DNA of 64,000 bases from Massalongia carnosa (taxonomy: Eukaryota), in contig OZ287082.1 of assembly GCA_965645245.1 (NCBI GenBank), forward strand, positions 124,001 through 188,000. The letters run 5' to 3'. Positions 11,884-23,100 of this stretch are shown here, piece by piece. Within the stretch, counting starts at the first letter, position 1; every line of letters begins with the position of its first letter. The notes under the pieces were generated by a model. The model was not told the origin of the DNA and made no database searches. It saw nothing but the letters and a program-made list of their open reading frames with translations. The position numbers and the translations under genes were made by a program.

Positions 11884-12165
11884 ACTTATAATATCAATTC
11901 CGAAGCTAGAAGAATAGTAATTTATGTGATTTATTTTGATTGAATGACCGAATAGTATTCTTTGAAAAGTAAACAAACGCGCAAACACTCTAGAGAAAAC
12001 TAATGTTCTGATGACTCATCGGTGCGGAAGCTAGTCCAATATAGATTAGCTTGGGAGGGGGGTGCTAGAATGACAGCGAGAGGGATAGGCAGCCAACCCT
12101 CTGTATAGATTTATCACTATGATAGGTAGACGGCACTTCTTCTCTCCCTTATCTTTTTCTTTGCT

Positions 12166-13229
12166 ATGGCCCTCACATCAACGTCCCTGGATGCACGTTT
12201 GCAAAGGGCTATAGCGAGTTTATCGTCGTCTCATCGTCTTCCTCCAAGTGAGAGTGAAATCTTTATCCCCTGGGAGGAGGGAAAAACTAGATTTCGTCGC
12301 GGGGGTGTTGATTTGCTGCATGTGGCCGCACATCAATCTATTGATTTTCATAAATCAATAGAAAATGTGCATAGAAGGGAAGGATACGCTCGTGAATTCG
12401 CCAAATTCACTGCTATTTTCAATAAAAAATGGCAGGATAAGGAGCTGGCGAGGCCACTTATCCCTACAACTTTCTCCGACGAAATCCGACCGAAGGACAA
12501 CCTCATGTATAAAAAGAGTGGGAGTCGCCGGCGGGCTTACACTGGCCGTGAGGCAGCTGAGGCAGATGAAGCTAAGCAGCGACGTGCTAAACGTAAGGAC
12601 TCGATTGAAGAAGGGAGGAGAAGAAGGCATGAGGATGAATTGCGGGCAAGCGGTGAAGACAAAGGTATGATTGATGATAAAAAACCCACGATATCAGCAA
12701 ATCGATCGATGTAGCGCGGCTAATATTCGGTGTAGATTCCAGAGATGTTATCATCGTATCTGACGACGATGACCTGCAATATATAGCAACTCAGCCTACC
12801 CCCGATCCTCCACTCTCTCTGAATGAGAATGATGATTTTATCCCTCCATCCCGGGCATCTTCTTCCGATTCATTTGAAGATATTGATGAAGTGCTGGCGA
12901 AACATAGCCAAAAGGCTCTTTCCCAAACGGTTCCCTCTCCAAAAGCTCCTTCCCTTTATAGCCTCAGTCAAAAAAACATCCGCGCTAGCCAGCTACCATC
13001 CACATCGTCTACAACAACAACACGAGGGTTACGGGGTGTGGTAGCCAAAAAATCGAAGGCTCAGTTGGAGTTGGAGTCTCAGCAGAGGGCCGACCAAGCG
13101 GCCAAACAAGCAAGGGCTGAGGAGAGGAAAAACGCAGCTGCAAGAAATGTTGCTAAGACTATGAAGCCTAGAAAGGATGATGTTTCGCAATTGAGTGATG
13201 TATTTTCGGAATTGAGATCAGCGCAATGA
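12166..13229 (+). pseudogene. Probable internally deleted DNA-transposase remnant (MULE-like N- and C-terminal pieces)
   Basis: Short ORFs with HRLPPSESEIF..EEG and a basic RRRAYTGREAAE tail resemble fungal MULE termini; no catalytic core or TIRs were found. Confidence 0.3.
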
Positions 13230-13940
13230 GTGGTAGGAGTAGTAGTAGTAATTCGGCTAAGGCGAAAGGTAATGCCGGGACCGAGTGGAGGCAGGCCGCG
13301 AACAGCCAACAAAGGTCGAAGGACAAAGGAGGATGATGTCCAAAATAGTTGGACAAACAAGGGAGAGAAAGGGCATAAATAGGTGGCCTTTTGGCACTCT
13401 TCTCCTCATCATCACCATTGATTCGGAGTTCAGCACCAAAAGGTCTTTTGCCCACCCACCCACTCCCTGAATCAGCCGCATAGGTAGATGGAGTTTTTCC
13501 CCTCACTGCTGCCAAAACAAAGCCATTATAGGAGAGGCCCTCAGCAAAACTGAGCGCCAGCAGGGCAGCAGCGAGGGGAGAGTTGCCCAAACATAGATAG
13601 AAATTATGTATATGTTCAGCTGACACGATGGAGCCCGCGAATTACCATAGTAGTAGTATGAATAGATGAGGATTTTTCAGAATGCAAGGCTAAGCTAAAT
13701 CAGCTAACGTAACCCACCACTAGTTCGTCACCCACCACTACTTTAAACACCAGAATATCTAAATACCCTCATCGTCATCATCAATGACAGCGACAATAAT
13801 GATGAATTAAATAAATCTGAATAGCCTCGTCGCTCGAAAACAGTCTGATCATCACCCGAGAGTAATTACATCCCCCACCCCCCTTCCATTACCATCCGAA
13901 AAACCTCGTCGTCGAACTTCAACTCTCAAGATTTATGTCT

Positions 13941-16788
13941 TCATAAATCAGGGCTTCCTCCCTCACCACCGGCCTGATAAAATAAGGCGCGTTCAAACTC
14001 GACCCGTAAAGACTCGGAGATGCTTCCAAAGAACNNNNNNNNNNNNNNNNNNNNNNNNNNNNNNNNNNNNNNNNNNNNNNNNNNNNNNNNNNNNNNNNNN
14101 NNNNNNNNNNNNNNNNNNNNNNNNNNNNNNNNNNNNNNNNNNNNNNNNNNNNNNNNNNNNNNNNNNNNNNNNNNNNNNNNNNNNNNNNNNNNNNNNNNNN
14201 NNNNNNNNNNNNNNNNNNNNNNNNNNNNNNNNNNCCTCCTTCTGCATGGCCTTTGCCACTCGTTCACGCTTACGTTCAGCCTTCATTTCATCCTCTTTCT
14301 CTTTCTTCTCAGCCTGAGCGGCCAATCGTTTGATCATCTCATCTTTCTTTCTTTCAGCCTCCTTCTTCTTTTCAGCAGCGTTCACCTTTCTAGTCTCAAC
14401 GGCCTCCTTTCTCAGACGAGTGACCTCTGCTTTCTCCTCCTCTTCTATGCGATATGCCTCGGCCTGAGCCTCGGTGAGAACACGTCCGAAAGCGCTACCA
14501 TAAGTAGCCCTTTCCCCTGCCTCTTTTCTCTTTTTCTTTCTCTCCTCCTTGGCCAGATTCGCTTTGAATAATGACTAAGTAGAGTCTTGAAGAAGTGTTC
14601 GATCTGCGAAGGCGATAGCAGTTGCTCTTTTGAGACGCCGAAGCCGGTCTTGATGTGATTTGGGTATGAACATTTCTAATGAGTTCAACATAGCAGAGTA
14701 ATCGCGCTTGTTAGAAGGAGTTCTATCGAAAGAATTGTTCGAAAATGAACTGTTGATGGAGGTGGAGGTGGAGGTGGAGGTGGAGGTGGAGGTCAAGGGA
14801 AATACGATTGAACTCGAAGGGGCCGAAGGGACCGATTGAAGAAATTGAGGTAATTTCTCAATTACTCGCTGCGGGTCAAAAGGATAAATACCTGAACTTG
14901 TTAGCAAAACATTAAGAAAAGAATGTTACTTTTACTCACCAGTTGCAGCCCAAGCTGACATGATTACATCGGAAGTCATGACCTTTTCCCTTGCCCTCTT
15001 TAAAAACTTCAGATAGTCCAATTTATTCACGTACACCTCTCCGAATTTATTTCGCTCCTCCAGCTGTTTTTTGTATGCTTTGTCCAGAGGTCCGAAACAT
15101 CCTACGTCCAAAGGCTGTAGAAAATGAGTAGTATGAGGTGGAAGACAAAGCGGAACTATATCCACTGACCAGCAGTACTCGATAAAATCAACAGAGACAT
15201 GAGACGCATGCCCGTCAATCAGAAGAAGTCGTCGGCGTCCCAAATGAACTGTCTGAGGATTGAAACACTCTCTCAACCAGGTCAGTCCATGACTGTTGTC
15301 AGTCCAGCCATTCTTGCTAACGGCAAAGGTTCCCTCGGGAAATTCCCCCTTCCAGGCTTTTACTATTCGTTTACCTTCGAAGATAATCATGGGCTTGAAC
15401 ACGCATCCTCGAGTAGAAACGAACTCTATGCAGGTGCTCCATTTCCTGTCTCCAGAATGAACGGAAAAGGCGTTTTTGGCGCATCGTCGCACGATGACGT
15501 TTCTACAAAATAATAAAAATTTTAGCGTAAACATCAAACCTTAAACGATGAGGCTTAAAACTTTAAATCAAGGTTAAATTTTCAACCAATCGATGATCTG
15601 AAATGTAGCCCCGCTCAAGCTTGTTAACCGTAAAACATCTAGTCTCAGATATTTTCTAACCGAAAATGACTTAGCTGAAAATATGATCACTTACCGAATA
15701 TTTCCCGCAACTCCCATCAGATGTCCCTTTTCATCCATGTTATAAACATCACCTGTCGCAATGCCATACTTGTCCATTGTTCTTCGAACAAGCGAGAACC
15801 AATCCTCGAACACTTTGCGATCAGTGTTCCAGTGTCGTTCCTGATCCAAGTGACGAGGAAATCGAGAACGATAGTCCGGATATCGATCAAGAAAGCGCTT
15901 CGTCCAATTAATTCCCAAAGGTGCAGGAGATTCAACGCGAAGTCTCAACAACTTCATGGCCTTTTCACGAACCATATCAAAGCGAGCGGGAAAACCCAAA
16001 GCAGCGCTCGAATCAATGTAATTAAGAATGGATTGCTCCTCGCTGTCATCCAAAAGGCGACGAGTCAGACCATACTCCGCGGCATTTCGACTTCCTTTCA
16101 TTCGACGGGCCACAGTTCCCCTGTTGACCCCGTGAATAAGAGCGACTTCGTTCGCTGTTTTTCTTTTGCTCTTTGCAGCTATGACAGCTAAACCTACACG
16201 ATCTCCTCTAGAAAGCGGCGCAATCACCCGCCTGGCCAAAGGCGATGACATGGGCGAGGAAAACAGGGAAGAACATACCGAGTTCATGCGAGGTGGAGAG
16301 GGCGATGATGCATAAAAAGCCTCCAACTGTTCTTTCACTTCTCCGCGAATTTCTTTGCGCACATGGTGCATGGTCATGTCCGGTACGCGTGCGAGACCTG
16401 TCCAATAGCCCTCCCGTTCTAAGACCTGACAATATGCCAGTTGACGCAGTAGATCAAGCTCCTTGTCGGGGTCATTATCCTTCAAAGCGGCCTCGAGCTC
16501 CGTGTTCAATTGTCGATGCACCCGCTCTCTCCACTCCTTTCCAGATATGCCATCTACAAAAGGTTCTTCGACAAGCTCTTCGAACTGTCGTCGGATGGCG
16601 ACGGCCTGAAACACCGGATTGACTGAACGTTGCGGGAGGGGGGGGGAAGAATAAAACAATGGATGATGACTGGTATCGGGAGTCTCGGAGACCTCGACAA
16701 GATCAGAGCATGGAACCTGTACGTTCTCCTGATTGGACGAGATGGAAGGGCGCGCGCCGGATGGGAATTTTTCAATTGAACTGGCCAT
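13941..16788 (-). pseudogene. pogo/Fot1 transposase (HTH-CENPB, DDE_1) with two introns and a premature TAG near 14575; 3' part crosses the N gap
   Basis: VYNMDEKG, SKNGWTD, LLIDGHASH, LPPHTTHFLQPLDVGCF. Introns ~15694-15504 (GTAAG..TAG) and ~14938-14893 (GTGAG..GCTAAC..CAG). Confidence 0.88.
14035..14234. other. Assembly gap (200 N)
   Basis: Run of N. Confidence 1.
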
Positions 16789-17354
16789 GTCGAAAGGTCT
16801 TTGAAGAGGCAGGAAAAAGATGGAAGATTGTCCAGAAATTCGACAATTATACGACTATTTTACATACAAAAGACAACGAAGATTGGGAGAAATATCCGAT
16901 GAAAAAAGAGCTTTTATGTTCATTTGGGCCTCTGATGATTTCTACTGGGCCTCTGATAATTCCAACCCCTTTGATTTTGATCTTGTTTGTAGCTAATCGA
17001 ACTACTTTCATTCAAAATCACACCCGTCATCTCACTATAATTAATAATGTCGATCATGAAGCTATTACTAAGAGATTTTTCGCCTGGGGAGACTCAGAAG
17101 GCATGGGGAAGTCGGATCAAAAAGGGTGGTTGGTTTGGGCTCTGGGCGGCCAATTGAAGCAATTCCTTCGGTCCGGGGTTCGATTAATGGCTGAATAAGA
17201 GGCGCCTTTAGTTAGATTCATGAAGTTATTCATATCGACGACGTTGCAGCTGGCGACAGCAAGGTAAATGAAGCAATTCTGGTGTTTAAAGTAGTGGTGG
17301 GTGACGAACTAGTGGTGGGTTACGTTAGAGGAAGCTTGCGAAGAGACGGTGGAC

Positions 17355-17455
17355 GTGCACATATTTAGTATTGGGAGGGGGCTTGTAGCTAGTCTTAATT
17401 TGCAATGATTTTCGCTGGGGGGACGGTGGGGGGGGACTGTCCCGAGTCTTCTCGC
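17355..17455 (-). repeat. Fragment of a Copia-1-family LTR
   Basis: The reverse complement matches 3861-3950 (CGAGAAGACTCGGGAC...GACTAGCTACAAGCC..CTCCC.ATACTAAATA). Confidence 0.8.
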
Positions 17456-18020
17456 CCTACAATGACCACCGTTTTGCCTGTTGCCGACATGGAGGGCTTG
17501 GTGGGAGAAAGTCCTTCCTATAGTTTTTAATGAAAGGTCTCGGTAAAGGAGTAAGTCATTTCAAGTGTAGACATATCTCTCATAACTTTATATTCTCATC
17601 AAAAATTATATATATATATATATAATTCTCGAATTAAAACAGCTCGATAACGAAAATGCTTCTTAGCTGAAATGATTGGTGGGAGTTTGCGTCATAAGGA
17701 CAGAAAGACATATATAAAGGATGGGAAAAATCCCAGTTGGGGCTTGTCAGGGACGGAATTAGTTAACATTTCTTTCTAGGGAAAATTCAGGTATGAAGTC
17801 GTTACTCTAAGATGTTTAACGCCTACCTGCTGTCGTATCGGGGTCGATTTTCACGTTTCTGCATGATTCAGTATCTAAGGCACGATACAGTGCTTGATGA
17901 GGGACGTCTCGTTAGTGTATCAGTAGTCAAAGAAGATCTGTTGTTTGTTCGCTTTCTTCATAAGGATTTAAGTTGAATGAGAAGTTGCCCGAAGTTTAAG
18001 AATTAAAACCATTGCCAATC

Positions 18021-20397
18021 TCAATCAACATACTCCGACGCGTCCGCATACCCGGCGCTCTCGGGCATTGCACCGGGAGATCCAAGCCTAACCTTCTCTA
18101 TCAACGACCTGAACAATTTGATCCAGTCGGTATCGCCCCCGTGGTACTTTTCAGCAATCTGAAGCGCACTTAGTTTCTGTTTCGTTACATCTTCAACATT
18201 AATGCCACGAAGATCATACGAATCCACGCTCCGAAGAATCTCATAGTCGCCATTTCTCTGGGCAAGAAAGTGCAGCAATGTCTCCCCGTTGGCCGTTTTG
18301 AGTAGATGATTAGCTCCTTGCTTCAGGAGATGACGAACGACTTGATGATCACCGGACATGGCCGCATGATGAAGAGCACATCCTCCATCTTTGCCCTGGA
18401 TATCGAGGTCTGTATGGCTCTCGATCAGAAATTCGGCAGTGGCTGTATGAACATTAAACGTCGCGATCATGAGAGGCGTATGACCCAATCTCGTTTTTGC
18501 ATTTCTATCGGCTCCTCGATTGAGAAGTGCCTTGATGATGCTGATATCGACGTCGTAACGACAACAATGATGCAGAGGTGTATATCCGTCTTTCTGTTGG
18601 TAGTTAACGTTAAAGCCGGTCTCTAGAATCTTCAAAATACATTCGGTATTACTAGACATGATCGCCGCAGTCAGTATTGAAGTCCCACGGTTGTTTTTGC
18701 TGTTCCTATCAGCCCCGGCTCCGAGAAGAAGGGACACAGCCTGAACATCGCCACGACGCGCTGCCCAGTAGAGAGGTGTTTGGCCCTCCACATCTTTTTC
18801 ATCAATGGCATGATAGGGCATGTCGTCGAGCAAAGGCTTTATTTCAAAACGGCTTATACCCAAAACGCTTCTATGGAGAAGACTCAGATTGGACTCCAAT
18901 GCATAGTTTTCGCTGGACGAGAACGCCACAAGCATTTGGAGGTTCTTTGCTGCTTTATTATTGGTCAAGACAGCCTCCCAAGCAATGTCGACTGCAGATC
19001 TATTTGAATTAGCCAATAGGAGTATCAATAGTCACTCAGCCGCACCTATTTTGGTAGTCTACAAAAAATGGATCAGCCCCCTCATGTAGTAGAATGTTAC
19101 ATATTTCCCCGTGTCCTCGAGAAGCCGCAACCTAAGAAAGAAGATTAGCGAAGGTGGGCCTCGCCATAGAAGAAGATCATACCCCGAGTAATGATCGTTG
19201 GAGTTTAGACATCACATCAAAAGGAGACCCCAACCTAGCTTTGAGCAGGGCTTTCATTCTGGCGACATCTCCTTCATAAGCATAGCGGAAAATGGGCGAC
19301 GAATACTCCACACAGTGAAAGATTCTAATCTTGTGATCGAACCCCCTTATAGTTGTTGTAAGTGCTAAAGTAAATCCCCACGCGAGAAGCCACAGAGGAA
19401 AAAAATAACTCAATGAAAGCATAATGTCTGAACTTGCACAGGACTGTGTACAACCCAGGTTGTTGCAACGAGGTACTACAGATGAAACATCAGAATATCC
19501 AGCAAATATAGTGCCAAAAAGTTGGTCAAAAACTCGAGATGACCTCTTCGAATACCTGTGATGGCAGCAGCAGTCACATCTAGGGGCTAGGTTGGAGATA
19601 TATAAGGTTTTCATTGCCATCGTCAAGGCTTCGTTCTTATATTCTAGTGAAGATTCTTCGACTGCTTTTTGTTCATGAATGGAAAATTTTCGAGTCATTG
19701 GCTCCATCAAAGCTTCCAGCTTTACCCTATGCTTCTCATTGGACTGTTCTAATTTTGCTTGGACTTCTTGAAGTTTCGCCATATTGTTGCTTAAAGATTG
19801 TGCTAATGTTTCGAGACGCATGGAAGTATCCCTTCCAAAATATTATTGTCAGCACATGAGTTATCTCTAACTGATGACGAAAAGTACAGTACTGATGTCA
19901 TGCGACGAAGTGGAAAAGAATCTGGTTGAGTTTCAGAAATCTTACAAGTCGAGAGCTCCGAGCGCTATGTTCAGTCTGGATCTGACATCAAACAGGCCCT
20001 GTTTGAGAAATTTCAATTTTTTCTCCTCTTTCATCCACTTGACCCACTTTCTTGGAGCAAGAATGTCCGAGCAGGACAACAACACACGTAATTGGCTAAG
20101 TGAGCGATGTAATTCGATGACCAGGGCTTCGGCTTGTGCAAGGCAGCTAACCACGCAGGCGGTCGTATCACGATCTAGAGTAACATGATCGCTGCATGAT
20201 ATAAAACCTTTTGATTGTCTGTTGAACAAAGTCTGTACGACAAGGACATCAAGTCGCAGGTGGGAGAGCTCTTCGTCGAAGGCTACGGCCAGACGTGGGC
20301 CGTTTCTGAACGAGGCAATTGTTTCTGAGAGTTGGATACATGTTGAGATTAAACTTGCCAAAGTAATGATGCTCGCCGTCAGTGATAACGGATCCAT
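18021..20397 (-). CDS. Four-exon gene: HeLo-like/fungal STAND-type N-terminal domain, Cys/His motif, hydrophobic segment and C-terminal ankyrin repeats; no NACHT; about 720 aa
   Basis: Starts MDPLSLTASIITLASL; contains RCDCCCHH; ankyrin motifs GQTPLYWAARRG, GYTPLHHCCR, GHTPLMIA, GCALHHAA. Exons ~20397-19946, 19831-19183, 19131-19046 and ~19001-18021 join in frame across GT..CTRAY..AG introns. Confidence 0.82.
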
Positions 20398-20929
20398 GAG
20401 ACCGACTGCGCTGTGAAAAGGAGGTCAAGTTTTACATCGCGGGGATTCAGCTCTATTATATCTCAGATATTCAATTGCAGGTCCAGGTCGTGAGTGTAGC
20501 CCAAAAGCCGCGTCCACCTCGCAAGGCTATGACTTGAAGGCGAGTCGATCTGACAAGGCTATAAATTAAAGACGACTTGATCTAACAAGGCTGCAACACG
20601 AAGGTGATTCTGAACATGCTGTTTAATCTTGTGCATGGCTGCCAAGTAGCCTTCCCAGCGTGAGTTGAATTTTAATCCTCGTGGCCTGACGTAGGAAAAG
20701 GTTGGCATAAATCAATTTCTATAACTTCTTCATTCACCGAGAGGGCCGCTCTGATGGAAGCAACTGTGAGGTTTGCAAGATGTGGTACTGGACAAGTTAC
20801 TTTCCTGCCTTGGTGCTTCGTAAGACCCGATGACCTCAGCTTCTACGGTGGGATCGATGCAGGGCGGGCGGTGCTCATTTTGCGTTCTTCCAAAATCATT
20901 GGACGTGCCTTGATATAATATGTAGAGGA

Positions 20930-23100
20930 CTATAAGATTTCCCGAGGAAATGCCGCGCCCGGCGAAATGCCGCACTTTACAATTCGGCATTAGAATATTG
21001 TTTTCGTCGTTAATCAACAACTACAACGATTAATGGAATGTGTGTTATATATAGTATAAATAGAAAGTATATACACGATATCCGACCCTAAAAACCTTAC
21101 ATAGCAAAACGCCCTGGGCGCTGGACCCTTCTTCCAGTCGAGGTAGTTAAAACCACCTCCTCTACCTCTTTCGCGATAATAACACGAGTAGGCGGCTTTA
21201 CCTTCTTCTTTCGAGTCTTTTGAACTTTATTAGACCCTGTATACTGCTTCTACTGCCTGAGCTGTCCCTTAGGATATCTGTTTGCTGCTTTACGTAACTC
21301 CTTCTAAGCCTGCTTCTCAGCGGCCTTTGCCTTTGCTTCTGCAGTCAATCGCCGCTTCTCTAGAGCGATTGCTACCTTTTCTAGCTTCTCCTTTTCTTTC
21401 TGTAACTTTTTAGTAGTAGCTTGCCGTCGCTTCTCGCTAATATCTAGCTGGCGTTGTGCTTCTACTTCCTCTTTTGCTGCTTGAAATTCCCTGGCAGCCT
21501 GTACTCGCCTAGGACTAAAGAATTGAGGGCCTGAGTCCTCTTCCCCAACTAAATTAAGCCGTTTACCTCTCTTCCTCCTCTTCTTTTCGTTCTGAAGGGT
21601 ATTGCAGAGCCCTTTGATCACGTGTTTGTTGATAGAGTCCTGGGCAGCAAGGCGTTCGTTAGCCCGGAGGATCTTTCCTAGTAATAACTTCGTAGGCGCA
21701 ATATCGTACGCTCGCTGCGTACGGCGAATAGCATGGCTTGTCATTGGTGTTTTTGGCGAATGAAAGGAGCCTCGATTATCTGTGCTGTGATAACATTTAG
21801 TATAAGGCTCGGATTGTAAGCCAAATACCGGTTTTTTCGAAGGCAGAAGTAATTTTTTCCTCCGAAAATGCCTGCTGCCATGCAGGGAAGAAAACGCTCC
21901 AAAAGGCTCTTTTTGACATGTTTATCATGCCTAGACTATCGAACATTAGTCTATTCAGCCCATTGGTATAGAACGTTGCTAACGGCGCGAATAGAGAAAC
22001 GTCCAGAGGCTGTAAACGATGCGTAGAGTGCGAAGGTAGAATCAGGAGAAGAATACGTAACTTTATCGCATTTATCGATAAACTTAAGATTCACGTGGTT
22101 AGAATGACCGTCTACTATCAGTAAACGTCTTCTATTTCTAGCCTTTTGCTTCGTATAACGCAGAAAAACCTGCTCTGGCCAATTCAGGCCAAGGATATCA
22201 CAACTCCATCCTTTCGCCGATACTGCAAAGAACGCCTCGTCATTAGGATTTACATCCTCAACCCATGTATCCTGGAGTATGCCAGAGTCGCCTTTATAGA
22301 TCAAGGCAGGAGGTAAAGCGGTTCCGTCGGCCCCGATACAAGCAAGGAGGCTGATAAACTCCCTATTCCCGTCCTGGCTTGCATGTGTGATCCGCCCTGA
22401 TTCGAGGGTCTCTAGCGACATGATACGTTGCGTGGCACTTGCTTGGCCAATCACAAAGCTCTTTTCGTCCCAATTGTAAAGGTTTTCCCCCGTGATATTG
22501 TATTTTTCGACACCGGCGACTAGCTAATAGAAACATTAGTTATTTTCGATCATAATTAATATTCAACAAATAGGAATGGGTAGTTAACACGCTACCAAAT
22601 CGTAGAATTGCTTAAATAAAGGCGGATACTCAGATTTTATACACTGGCTATCCATATTTCGAAGATAAAGACTTTTAAGCCTATCCTTGTATCGGCGGAC
22701 AAAAGCCCCTGTCCAGTTCTTCCCTACAGGCCCTCCTATCACCTCCTCCGCTAGGGTTCGTACAATTCTCGCGGTTGGGGGCAGTCCACGATCGACAAGG
22801 CGATTGATTTGCTGAATTAATGCCTCTTCCTGGGCCAAGGTAAGTCGTTGCTTGTATTTTGACGCGGCTGCCTTTTGGGACACCGTTTGGCCTTTCCAGC
22901 GCCTCCGGAGGGTACTTTCGACTAGGCTAAACCTTTTCGCTGTACCCCTGAGGTTAGGCTGATCTTGCTGATTCAGATCAGCAATTGCGAGCTCGATACG
23001 AGCGTTGAGGGTGGAATTATTCATGTTTGAAAGTAATGGTTGGAAAGTGAGAAGATGCGGCATTTCGTCGGGTGCGACATTTCCTCGGGAAATCTTCTAC
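20930..23100 (-). mobile_element. pogo/Fot1-type DNA transposon B (decayed, ends imprecise)
   Basis: Inverted repeats AAGATTTCCCGAGGAAATG.CGC.CCCG.CGAAATGCCGCA at ~20934-20974 and ~23056-23096. Transposase fragments include an HTH from ~23024, YNWDEK, GNREFISLLACI and LLIVDGHSNH, with downstream frameshifts. Confidence 0.85.

Larger units (their letters stand above)
3963..12085 (-). mobile_element. piggyBac-like DNA transposon, interrupted by Gypsy-1
   Basis: About 38-bp TIRs TCCCTCTCGCTGTCATTCTAGCACCCCCC(T)CCCAAGCTA at 3963-4000 and inverted at ~12047-12085, flanked by TA on both sides; piggyBac-type transposase inside. Confidence 0.88.
13707..17325 (-). mobile_element. pogo/Fot1-type DNA transposon A
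   Basis: About 50-bp TIRs ACGTAACCCACCACTAGTTCGTCACCCACCACTACTTTAAACACCAGAAT, with TA TSD at 13705-6 and 17326-7. Confidence 0.95.
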
